A program made the position numbers and the translations under genes. The notes below the pieces were generated by a model. That model searched no databases. It saw nothing but the letters and a program-made list of their open reading frames with translations, and was not told the origin of the DNA. This document shows, piece after piece, positions 28,617 to 40,915 of a DNA stretch of 64,000 bases. The stretch's first letter is position 1; the number at the start of each line of letters is the position of its first letter. Source of the stretch: the human T2T-CHM13v2.0 reference genome, Homo sapiens. The stretch lies in the NCBI RefSeq assembly GCF_009914755.1, contig NC_060929.1. The stretch is one strand, 5' to 3'.

Positions 28617-29782
28617 AGTTATACAAAGAAGACTGCAGAGCCAGCATTACTTTTCTGTACTGTTTGAATCATATGTTTCTATGGAGCTCTTTACTCTAAT
28701 ATGCATGTATCTAATATGATTGTATCAACACAGAATTGCTTTGACTTTAATTTTTTAATGACCAGATAAATTTCTTTGAAAAAATAATTAGTTATTGTGG
28801 TATACATTTAAGTCCATTGCGAAGTCATCACGGGCCCTTGTTTCAAAATCGTCTGAAGTCTGAACCACCCCATGCTACATTTTCCCTCCCACAGCTCTAG
28901 GCAGTCTAAGAAGAATAGTCTTAGCCTGTACATTTCTTAAAACTTTGAAAAAAGGATATATAAATGCATAATACTATAATATTCAAATACTCTCTCAGCA
29001 CAAGTTTGCTAATCTGTTTTCAGTGTGATCTGATATCTGACTTCTTGAAGGAACTGTATAAATAACAGATTGACTAGGGATAGGTATTTATCTTTTGTCT
29101 TGACAATATGCAAAGCAATATGTGTTTTTTATAAGTAATGAAAGGCCAGACTCAAAGTTGAGCCACAAAGAAAAGAAGTGACATTTGAGGAAAGATGCCA
29201 AAATACTAGGAGGCCAGAAAACAATGAGCTGTTTCTCAAACTCTGGAGGGTTGGCTTGGGCAACTGCAGATGCTCCCTGTATGTGGCTGTGGGTTGCCCC
29301 ATGGTTATCTTCACTTGGTGAAGTTGGACCTTGTAATCACGGTCCCCTGTGTAGCTGATCGCAGTCCGTGTTGGTCCCTGAACGCTCTCACATTTCCCGT
29401 CAACCCTGTGGCAAGCTGTGGCTTTCCCTGTCTGCACAGAGGTATACGGCACCCTAGTGTCTCCCAGATTTGGAGGGCTTCCTTCTGTCTTGTCCACAGG
29501 AAATCTGTGCCAGAAAAAAGAAACGGATCTCCTCCAGATAACTCAGAACCAGAGTGTGAAGGTGAGATGTCAGTACAGCACCTTGGGGGAGAGTAGCGTT
29601 CCCTTCACCCTGCGCTCTGCCTCCAGGCTGGCCTTGAACCCCACAGCACAGGGCTGTGAGAGGTCCCCAGAAGCAGGAACCCTAAACCATTCGAGGTGAC
29701 ACCCTATGTCAGGGGAGAGCCAGGGCATCAGGTCCTGCGTGGGCCCCTCCCAGGCGACAGTGGGTCCCCTTGGTCTCCATAA

Positions 29783-30095
<313 letters not shown>

Positions 30096-30309
30096 TGTAA
30101 TAGACTTTTGAGGGAAAGTGGAGTTCAGCATGAACGGGGACGCAGGGAGGAGGTGAACTGAGGCTTCGGGGCTCTCGGTGCAGCCACTCAGGCACCCTCC
30201 CTGTTCCCCACTGGCAGAGGCTGAAGTTAACTGCTGGGACCGAGGCCCATCTGAGGGAAGCCTGCCCTGGAATGCAGAGTGGGTGGCTTTCAGATCCAGC
30301 CCTGCGTTT

Positions 30310-30340
30310 GGGGGCGGGGAGCCGGCGGGGAAGCCGGGGG
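30310..30340 (+). promoter_or_regulatory. GC box within a G-quadruplex-forming motif
   Basis: GGGGG-C-GGGG-AGCCGGC-GGGG-AAGCC-GGGGG: four runs of at least 4 G, containing the SP/KLF site GGGGCGGGG. Confidence 0.55.
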
Positions 30341-32479
30341 TTGTTTTGGCAAACCCAATTTGTTTTAGTTTTATAAGGACTTGTATTGTCAAAGATCATT
30401 TACATCCCTTCCTATTAACCTGACTGGGTGTCAATACTCCTGTGGGTTTTACCCTCTCGCTTTCAGGAGCTTGGGAGCCGAGGTCAGCAGAGCAGGGCTA
30501 TTGCCCACGGGCCGGCCTGGCATCGGAGGCCCCTCCATGGCCTCAGGAGCTGCCACCTGCACCGCTACATCCCATAGCCTCTTAATATGTAGAGCAGGGC
30601 CTTTCAGCCACCAGTCCACCTCTCCTTGACAGCTTGACAGAGGTTCATATTTATTTTAAATATTTTGGTAAAGATGAGGCACAAAACAATTGTTTCAATC
30701 TTTTCAATGGCTCTGCTGGCAATCAGCCTCCCAGGATCCTTTTGGTTTTTTCCTACTTTTCCAGCAACCCTCATTTAATGTAGAGATTAAGTGCATGGCA
30801 GAAGTATCTGTAAAATATTTGTGAATATTTTAAGATTAAATAATACTTCTAATGTTTTATTGGAAAGAAAATTGCCACTTCAGTAGGCCAACTTACGATT
30901 TTGGAGGTTTTACTTCTCCCAAGGCTGTGCTTCCTAGGTGGAGTGAAATGAAGATTTGCTGTGGAGAAGCTGCACATGGCTCTGTCTCCTCACCATGGAT
31001 ACCTGGGTCAATCATGGAAGGAGTAGGTTCTTCTGTCCCCTCGGTACTTTCTACGGAGACTGAAAGCCACATGGTTCTCCTTGGATCGCTCTTTGCTCTG
31101 TTCAGGAGGGTCAGAGGCTACAGAGTGCTGAGACCTCCTGTCCTAGGCCCAGGTGTCACATGCCAGCTGGCCACCTGCCCAGGAGAACTGGGATGTGCAG
31201 GAGCATGGTTGACGGCTGGCTGAGTCTGGTTCCTAGCTGGTGCAGAGGTCAGTCCCTTGGAAAACAGAACAGGTGTGTTCAGACACCGTGGGTCAGGCCC
31301 AGGCACAGGTGAGAGCCAGGCGGTGAGCAGAGTCAGCTGGTCCAGGTATGGTGAGGAGGAGCAGGACTCCAGGTGTCCTGGAGACAGAAGGCTCCCCTCT
31401 GCTGAGTCGAAGCACAATTGCCTTGAGGCAGAGGGTTCTGGAGGAGGAATACTCTGTAACCTTCTGGCTCAATTTTACACAGTCCTAGAGAGTTTTGTTA
31501 AGGGGGTTTTCAGCAGTTAGCAAATAGATTGCAATTCCTTAGGAGGAGTAAGTCCACCTGGTTGGGAGTAGAAGTCCCCGTGGAACTCAGCAGAAACCTC
31601 CTCTGGATTGTTCCGTATTGCGGCGTCACCAAGGCAATTTCAAGAGGATGCGTCAAGGAAATCCAATGGGTGAGGTTAAATTAAATTCAACATCCAAGCA
31701 GCCATTTCATTACCATTTTATATCATCATGTGCCCACCAAATACCAGGCAATGGGCCACAGGGAGCAACCCACTGAACCCCACTCTTCAGAACTGATTCG
31801 CAGAAGAGAAATACGTCATAAAATTTAGGAAAATTTCCATGAAAATTCCTAGAAGTTAAAAGAAAAAAAAAGGTAATATACTACACAATATTGACAAACT
31901 TCCACTAATCTGAAATAATTTGTTTCCAAATTATGCCAAAGAAAGGGGATGGTTCTGTGTGACTGTCATAGAGATTTCCAGTTTCACATTTTCCTAGAAA
32001 GGTCTTCTTGCTTTTCTTCAGTTTCTTGCTTTTATTCTGGAAAGGTAAAAAGGCAGGGAAGGAAGGATATTTTTTCAATGAATCCAAACATGTTTTCCCT
32101 ACTGATTCATTTTCCAAATTGAATGCTACCAATTTAAACCAGAGCAGCAGAAGGAAAGGAAAAAAAGCCTGATGCTCTGCCGTGAGCACACACATTTGGT
32201 GGCCTTTTCGGTGGCAGGCAGTGGACGCAGACAGAGCCCGGGATCCCGCTCATCTCCTCATCCTCTCTCCCACCCGATGGTCAGTACTGTGTGACAGAGA
32301 CAAAGACAGCAGCCCCCTCCCTCCCTCCAGGTCCCCGTCCTGGCTCAGCTGGGGCAGCGCTCCCACTCCTGCGGTCCCTGGGGCCCGTCCTATCACTTCC
32401 CCGCCACCAACGGGGTCACCTCTCTGCCACGCTCTCTCCTGAGCCCTGATGTTCAGGGTGAAGAAGAAATTCAAAGCTG

Positions 32480-33080
32480 TTGAATGATGATAGGGGTAGT
32501 GAATAAAAAAAAATATTAAGTTCCGGCAACAACAACAAAATAAAAGGTGGGGTGGGTGTAGGAGAGAAGGGCTCCTGAAGAATGTGAGAAAGATAAATCG
32601 GGCCGGCACTTTGTTTCATTGTCAGGAGCACTCTGGGGTTATTTGAAGCTCTTATTTATGCTCTGTAAGCAGAACAATACTGGAGAAGAAATGATTAAAT
32701 ACCAGCTCTGTGAGCAGCAGACATCTCATTGTGGCGGTGGGCCCACCACTGGGTGGTTTTGATAAAGGCAATATGAGTTGATAACTGATAGAGTTGGCAG
32801 GGAGTCATCTGGGGCTGCTGACAGCTCCAGCACTTTAATAAAATCATTAGAATGTAAATGTTTTTATTGCGGAATAAAGAGCCTCCAGCGAAGTTGACAC
32901 TGCTCTCCCTCCACTGAATGGGAATGCCGATTAGCATTCAAATGATATCATGATAGGCTGGTTATCTTTATTAAAATTTTTCAAATCGAGTCTTCATTTT
33001 GCATGATTGAGTTTTAAACAAATGCGATATCCAGTCGGCTGGCGAGCTGGCCTGAACACTCCTGAAATAATTAAAGTGTT
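32480..33080. promoter_or_regulatory. candidate enhancer (GATA-motif cluster)
   Basis: Seven WGATAR sites (32488, 32591, 32760, 32779, 32786, 32951, and 32962 on the reverse strand), TGACAG 32819, TAATAAAA 32836. Repeat-free. Confidence 0.4.
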
Positions 33081-34156
33081 CCTTTTATTTTTTTTAAACA
33101 TGTGTTTCATAAGAAATGAATTGGATTTGCTATTTTAATATGACAATATCTAGTTAGCTTTGCATAAAAACAGGGATGTTATAGCATAATTATTGAAAGT
33201 GTACAGCTTTTAAACATATGTTTCATAAAGCTGAATTCAATTTTCTGAAATATGACAATACCAGTCACTTGGTGAAGTGTAAAATCAAGAGATAGCTTGA
33301 TTATTTAGATCAATTCTGCATAAGTCTTGATAATTGATGGCAGCCCATGCTACTCATACGTGGTATTTCCAGAGGAAGGAAGTCTCTGTTTTCTGAAGGT
33401 TTTACACTCCCCTGACTCTGATGGTAGACAAGGACTCAAAATCTTCTTTCAACTCAGGCACTAAGCCATGGTGGCTAACCAGAACAAACTAAACCCTCAT
33501 TAAATGCTAAGAGAGACTTGGGCAGATCTGGACAATACTGCACTTTCTCGGAGTAGAATCAGTTTATCAATAGACGACTGATAGGGTCCGTTTGACTTTA
33601 AATCTCTTCATTTTTCCTTGGTCTGGCATCGTTTCTGCATACTAACCATCCTTAAAAGTCCTATTGTGTTACAGACTCAGCAAACCATTGTTAGCAAGAC
33701 TTCCACAGATGGTTCTCAGTTATGAGGAGTTGAGACAATCAATAAAATAAATGTGCCTTAAAAATATGTCCCTGGAATAACTGGGGTATTGATTCTAAAA
33801 GGGAGGCAGCTGCAGAGCTGGTTTTCTTTGAGGGGTAACATTTGAAGAACTGGCAAAGCATTGTGAATTTGCTTCCCAAAGGGGGGAAGCGCTCCTGGAG
33901 AGCTGCTTTCTCTGTCTGTTTATTTTGCGGAGGTAAGATTTTAAGAAAGATGATAATGTCTGTGTTGCCAACCTATATTACCATATCAGCAGAATCTGGA
34001 TTTTATATATCTTTCTAACCAGGATATGAACTATCAATCAGATGAGTTTAATTGATAGGTAAATTTATATTAATTTGTCTGACTAATAGAGGTAAGGCCA
34101 ATCTGTGTATAACAAGTTAGGAGTTTAGAAAATGTGATACTAGATTCTGATTTGGC

Positions 34157-34354
34157 ATATATATATCTCATATATATATCTCATATATATATATCTCTCT
34201 CAGATATGCATATATACATATCTCAGATATATATATCTGAGATATATATATATATCTGAGATATATATATATATCTGAGATATATATACATACCTGAGAT
34301 ATATATATATATGAGAGAGAGATATATATATACCTGATATATACACATATATAT

Positions 34355-34398
<44 letters not shown>

Positions 34399-34405
34399 GT
34401 GTATA
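34157..34405. repeat. complex (TA)n/CTCA/TGAG microsatellite followed by (CA)n
   Basis: Directly visible. Contains a perfect 28-bp palindrome at 34218-34245 and a (CA)n run at about 34359-34389. Confidence 0.97.
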
Positions 34406-35373
34406 ACCTATGTTCCTAAGTCATAATTTTGGTTTCAATCTCTAGGATCACATTTTAATCACCTCTATACTTAAGGCAGAATGTTGAATACTCAGGATAA
34501 ATCAAATCATATATTTTTCTACAAATCAATATAATAGAGACGCAGGGTTGGTGGTCAACACAGAAATAGAATTCTTCTATAAGGTACTCAGAATGATGGT
34601 ACGCATTTTGAGGTTGGAGTTGTTCGGGAAGTCTTTTGAATCATTGCCAGCAACACCTCCCTGTGCTCACAAAAACAATCCCAGATCCTGCCTGAAGAAC
34701 AACTGACCTGACCGGGTACCCTTGGCGTTTCCAACGTGGACAGATCAAACTAGGGCCACAGGGAGATATAGATTCACGGGGGAGTGCGAATTTAGAAGCA
34801 CTTTGTGGCAGTCCTCTCTGAGAGGGTACTGTGACCTATTAGCAACTCAAATTTATAGTGAGAAACAAAAATCTGATGTGACGAAGTGAAAAATAGCCCT
34901 ACTGCTGAAAGTTTGACTGTGAAGGGAGAGCTGGAAATTGAAACAGAAACTGCAACCTTTCAAAATAGCACTGTTAGTTTGAAAATAGATCCATAAAACC
35001 AATTACAGACAATCTGAGCTCAAGCTCCTTAACACCTGTATATCCTGACCCAGTGTTCTGTGATAAGACCACAGACAGGCTCACCTACAAATAACTCTGT
35101 ATAGACTTAAGTTTTCTTAAAACAAGACCAGCGACAGCTCCAGCAGCAGCCTGCTTCCAGATTCTGCCCATTTTTCTGCCAAGATGTCCTTTGAGTAACT
35201 CTAGCTCTCAAGCCTTATGTGTAGTTTTCCCTAACTCCCTCCCTGGAACACTCCACAAGTTTCCTGCAGTTTGTGGTTTCTGTGGCTGCAATAAGTGATG
35301 TACATAATGAGATGGATGGTAGGTGGTCTCTGATGACCATTGGTGCAAATCCTATTTCAAGAATCTTAATTCT

Positions 35374-35662
<289 letters not shown>

Positions 35663-35961
35663 ATCTTAATTCCTCCCATTTCCTGGGTGTTTTGAGAGAA
35701 GAAAGATTAACAAATAAACTGGACTTTTAAAAGTCTCTGTAGTCACATGAGCCAAGAGAATTACCCTTATCCCTTACCTTGCACCACTGTGGCCATGTAG
35801 TCCCATGGCTATGACAGCCACTCAACCCTAGTGCAGGCCAGGTGGGCAGAGGGGTTGGCTGTCCCCCTTAACTGTGGGTAGGAGTCATTTCTCCATAAGT
35901 GCCCTCAGCCCCAGCAGAACACTGTTGTTTCTTGATTGAGCCTGCCCTGGGAGTTGAATAC

Positions 35962-36323
35962 TGATATGGTTTGACTGTGTCCCCACCCAAATCTCATCTT
36001 GAATTGTAGCTCCCATAATTCCCACATGTCATAGGAGGAACCAGGGGGGAAGGAATTGAATTACGGGCATGGATTCTTTCCCATGCTGTTCTCTTGATAG
36101 TGAATAAGTCTCACAAGATCTTATGGTTTTATGAAGGGCAGTTCCCTTGCACATGCTCTCTTGCCTGCTGCCATGTGAGATGTGACTGCTCCTCCTTCAC
36201 TTCCACCGTGATTGTGAGGCCTCCCCACCGCTGTGAAACTATGAGTCAATTAAACCTCTTTCCTTTATAAATTACCCAGTCTTGGGTATATCTTTATTAG
36301 CATCCTGAGAGCAGACTAATACA
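35962..36323 (+). mobile_element. ERVL-MaLR solo LTR, THE1B-like
   Basis: Starts TGATATGGTTTGACTGTGTCCCCACCCAAATCTCATCTTGAATTGTAGCTCCC and ends GCAGACTAATACA; 362 bp. Perfect TSD AATAC at 35957-35961 and 36324-36328. Confidence 0.95.
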
Positions 36324-36784
36324 AATACTGAACCGGATGTGGTGGAAGATGCTGAAGATATGTGTGAAGAGGCCCCTGCCATCCAGGAACACCAGGGAAA
36401 CAAATAGAGGCCCTCCCTAAGTATGGCCACTGAGCATAGGTACAGCAGAGAGCAGAGAGGAGCAGAGCAGGGGAGCCTGCATTTTCACCTAGAGGCCATA
36501 AAATCAACCAAACCAGGCAATCAGTGAGTACAATGGGGGAAACAAAGAATGGCTTTATGGTGTGAAATGGAATGATTTAAAGATTGGTAATTTCCTAAAT
36601 AGTCTATAGAACCAAGTATAGCATTTGAAGGGTTCTGCCTGATTGGTAAGATAGTAACCATACCACCGAATTTGCAAAATTATGCTTTCAAATATTTACT
36701 TTCAGTTCCTAGTTCTGCTAGTAGTTTCTTCTTTTCTTGATTTGTACTTGTTTTAATCAACTGACTTCTATCTAGCCGTATTGC

Positions 36785-36900
36785 AGGAGCTGGGTTTTAT
36801 GACCCATTTGATTGACATTAACACCTCTTGAATTAATAATAATTCATATTTAAATTAGGGGGGTTTAATTACAAATGTTATGGTTTGATTTACTTTAGAA
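36785..36900. promoter_or_regulatory. candidate HOX/PBX/MEIS motif cluster
   Basis: TTTTATGAC 36795-36803, TGATTGACA 36809-36817, TGATTTAC 36886-36893 and several TAAT/ATTA cores within about 100 bp. Confidence 0.4.
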
Positions 36901-39900
36901 CTATGGTTATTTTATTCTTTTTCAATCTTTAAATAAGAAAATTTATATTTTAGGTACAACAAAGAAGTGAACAAAAACATCAAGACAGACGTTTCTCACC
37001 TGCATCAGTTCTGTGTTTTCTGCATTTGGAATTTCCCAAACTGTTACTGTTTGTTAATTGGATAGTCTTTACTTATTCAAGTTTTATCAGTTTTTTTTAA
37101 TTGTACTCCCTTAAATTGTTTGCTCTCAGACTAGAGCTAAATCTAGATGAAAATGTGTTGTCACCAAACAGTGAAATAAAATAAAACACAAAAAGCTCTT
37201 TATGGCCCACAGCTGGCCATGCTTAAAATCTGGGTTGTGTGATTGCATCAACTCCATTCATCTGAAATAAACAGAGAAGGGGGAAGACAAAGAGGGAAAA
37301 AAACCAAGAAACTCTCCTCTCACAGAAACAGTGGCTCCTTTCCCTTCAGACGATTGTATTTATGTAGAGGCCCAGTTATCTTAAAAGTATTCCCTGTGTT
37401 TGACAGGAAGACCAGAGTTGGATTACCCACTGATTGTGACCTTTTCTCGTACAGCAGCATGGTTACAGGACACCATCACAAGAAAGGCAGCCCCTATGCT
37501 GGCGAGGAGCTCAGAGCATGAGCTACCCATTCACCCAGGAGGTGCTGGAAAAATTGGTGGCCACATCAGTGGGTGGGCCAGAAAAAACACTAAGCTTCCC
37601 TCCATCACCTCTTAGAGTTCGTTAGGATTTTAAATGCAAACTCCAAAGGCCGTTCATTGCATGTTGTGTTTTAGTGAATGCTGGTGATCGCGGGCGCCTA
37701 TTTTAGCCTAAGAAAAGAAGAGGTCAGAAGCCATATGGACATGCACTTGGCCCTGGCAGGTGGAATTGGAAGGCAGAACTTCATGTTCTTCCCTATCTTA
37801 AAGAAAGATTATTTGTAGCTCATTGTAATGTCTCATTGTTCTCATTTGTTTTGCTAACACATCTCATTACCATACATTTGAATCTAAAGTCAGAAAGGAT
37901 ACTGATATGCCCAATGCCAGGTCTCACCTGATTTCTAGGTCCTGCCAGTCACACCCTACTAGGAAAAGCCCATTTCTCCTATTAGAGTCCTGTGCCTTCT
38001 CTAAACAAATATTCAATTTTCCATATTAGTATTAACAAACATTGGCCCTCTCAGTGGTGACAACACCAAACAAATTGTCAGGAGAAGGAGGAAGGTTTTT
38101 GTTTCTTCTCCAGCAGCTGGATTTAGAAAAGAAGACAGGCGTGAAATGTGTGGGTAGATCTGTTTCAACAATGGCAAGAACTACCAATTGTGTAATCCAG
38201 TTTCAGCAGGGGATTTCTCTTTATCTTAATAACTAGTGAAATGGGTGGACCTCAAATTTCATTTCAGTTTGGAAACAGGCCCAACATTTTGGAGATGTTT
38301 ATTCCAAATTCAGCCAACTTTATAAACCTCTTCAGGCTCTAAAATCTTTCTGGGAATTGCACCAAAGCAGATTTTTTGGTGAGATCTAATCCTTCCGGCT
38401 TCTGGAACAGCCTCCCTCTGAATCCTTCAATAATTCAATCTTTAATCCAGACCAGAAGAAAGAACATGGGCAATTCTGGAAAGAAAAAAATTAAAAATTA
38501 CCTGTAAGACCTTAGGCCTACATTTTAGATAAAGTTTCCAGGAAGTTCTGACTGTAGACCAATTGCACATCCATGTCTAACAACTTGAGTCAGTCCCTTC
38601 CGTGGAGTTTGTGTGATTTGCTCTTGAGGCGTAAGGAGAAGGACATGCCCCAACATGCCCCGATGCTTCCAAACAAGGAATGTTATGAATCGGTACGCAT
38701 TTTAACATTCAGGTTACTGTTTTTGCAAAGCATCTCCTCAACTTTCGCAGTCTTTACTAACTTTGGAGATAAGCAAAGTCTTTTTGTGCCCCAAGGTTCA
38801 CTTTGTCCCGTGGAAAGCACATTAAGAATGTACCCTGCATGCCAGTCACCCCCACGACAGCTTCAGTTCAGGCTGGTTTGCCATATCTGTGCTTAATTTT
38901 GAGGTGCCTTCTAGTTTTTCTTGAATTAATTATGTCCAAAGATGTAGGAAAGTTGAAAGTGCAAAGCTGTACGAGCGCAAATAAATATCTAGTTTAGTAA
39001 CTGGAAGTAGCAGAGAAACCAACATGTTGCACAAAAACAGTGATCAATCACTCGGTAATGAAACAAATCTGAAAGGCTAGACTGGATCTTGCCTGTAGCA
39101 CTTGGACAACGTGAGGCTGTGTCATCCATGGGGATCAGCAGGAGAGGAAAAGCAAAGAGTCCATGGAACAAAGGATGGGCAATCACTGCAGATGTTAGGA
39201 GCTGCATGTCAATGCAGGGGTCCCCAGACTCCTGGGGGACTCAGGCGAAGGGCTCTAAGGGTTGTTCCGAACATGGTGCCTCTGGGAGATCAAGGCCCAG
39301 CCCTTTCTGCCCAGCATCGAAGTGGGCAGGATGGAGAGGAGATTAGAAGGCTCACTCTTGGAGCTGCCCGGGAAAATGAACAGGTTCTCCTGGCTTCTGA
39401 AGCAGCTCCATTCTGGAAAAGGGCATCCAAGAGCCTGCCCATGTACAGTAGGAGAAGAGAAGGCTTTGCTTCAGTATGCCCTGAGCCCACCGGCTCTGTA
39501 TTTGATCATAAATCCACCCAGGAAGTAGCTTGGAAACGTCCTTGTCACTTGGGACTTGCAAGAACAAAACAAAACAAATTGAAAACAAAAGCACAGACTG
39601 GAAAAGCCTGTGATTCATCGGTTTCTAAGAAGGGGTTTTTGTCCATTGTGAGAGGCCAGAATTTGAGTTTAGATAATAGAATAGAATTATTCATTGACTG
39701 ATTAACTAGTCAGTCTATGGGCTTTTCTGAGAGCCCTTTCTGTGTACAGGCAGCAGGCTAAGGACATAAAGGGACATCAGGATGAACAAAGCAACACTGC
39801 TGTTCTTGATGGGGAAAGAGGAGACCCACAGACAGGTCATTGCCACCGGACGGAGTGACAGGGAACTGGGTAGCCCTGAGAGCATTCTCAGTGGGACCCA

Positions 39901-40100
39901 GGCCAGGGAGGAGCTGGCATTTGGTTGAGATAACCACCGGCTTTGTAGGGAAGGATCTGAATTTTTTTCTGAGTTCTCATCACGTGTGAATTCTGTTTCT
40001 TCCCTTCCAACGTGGGATAAATTATAGAAACTAATAGGACATTTGTGACACCCCATGTATCATAGATGGTAACGATCTGAAATATTTGATTAGTTCATTC

Positions 40101-40545
40101 TATTTTTGATTGCGGTAAAATACATACAACATTTACCATCTTAGAGATTTAAATGTACACTTCTGTGGTGTCAAGTTCCATTCGTATTGTGTGCAGCCAT
40201 CCCCACCATCTATCTCCAGAACGTTTTTCATTTTGCAAAACTGAAATTCTGCACCCATCTCCCCTCAGTGCCTGCAACCACTTTCTCTGAACTTGACTAT
40301 TCTAAGTACCTCATGAGTAACATCCTATGGCGTCTGCCCTTTTGTGACGGACTTGTTTCACTCGAGGCAATGTCCTCAAGCTACGGCCGTGATGTATCAT
40401 GCATCAGAATTCCCTCCTTTTCTAAGGCCGAATAGTATCTCACCATAAGTGTATTCCACGTTTTCTATGTCCGTTCATCTATCTGTAAGTCACTGGATTG
40501 CTTCCACCTTTTGGTTATTGTGAATAATGCTGCTGTGGACATTTT
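40101..40545 (-). mobile_element. L1MB-like 3' end
   Basis: ATTGCGGTAAAATACATACAACATTTACCATCTT... CACCATCTATCTCCAGAACGTTTTTCAT... TTCCACCTTTTGGTTATTGTGAATAATGCTGCTGTGGACATT is typical antisense L1M 3' UTR. Confidence 0.85.
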
Positions 40546-40580
40546 TTATTTTTAGACATCAAAGTTTAAACCCACGTTTT

Positions 40581-40710
40581 GCCTGGCATGGTGTTGCCAG
40601 CCTATAGTCCAAGCTACTTGAGAGACTGAGATGGGAGGATCCCTTGAGCCCCGGAGTTCAAGGTCGGCCTTAGCAACAGAGTGAGTTCTTGTCTCTGAAA
40701 AGAAAAAGAA
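40581..40710 (+). mobile_element. free left Alu monomer (FLAM_A-like)
   Basis: ~115-bp monomer GCCTGGCATGGTG...GGGAGGATCCCTTGAGCCCCGGAGTTCAAGG...GTCTCT plus A tail. Direct repeat AAGTTTAAACCC at 40562-40573 and 40709-40720. Confidence 0.85.
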
Positions 40711-40749
40711 GTTTAAACCCTCACTTCACGTTCGTACTTGGCTCCATAT

Positions 40750-40915
40750 GCAAGCCCCCTACCTTTCTCCTCTGATGACACACCATCCTGAGGTTGGTGG
40801 TTCTCCTCCTCAGATATGTTATTCAAATTGTCAGCTTGTCTGTGTGCTTCCAAGCTATACACATTGTTTTGTGTCTTTTTAAATTGATACAAAACTGATA
40901 TTGTATAGTTCTGCA
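40750..40915 (-). mobile_element. possible L1ME 3' fragment
   Basis: ACACCATCCTGAGGTTGGTG... ACATTGTTTTGTGTCTTTTTAAATTGATACAAAACTGATATTGTATAG resembles old L1M 3' UTR. Confidence 0.4.

Noticed and set aside
27890-28647. 179-249-aa YLSI-repeat ORFs
   Set aside because: Translation of (TATC)n microsatellite.
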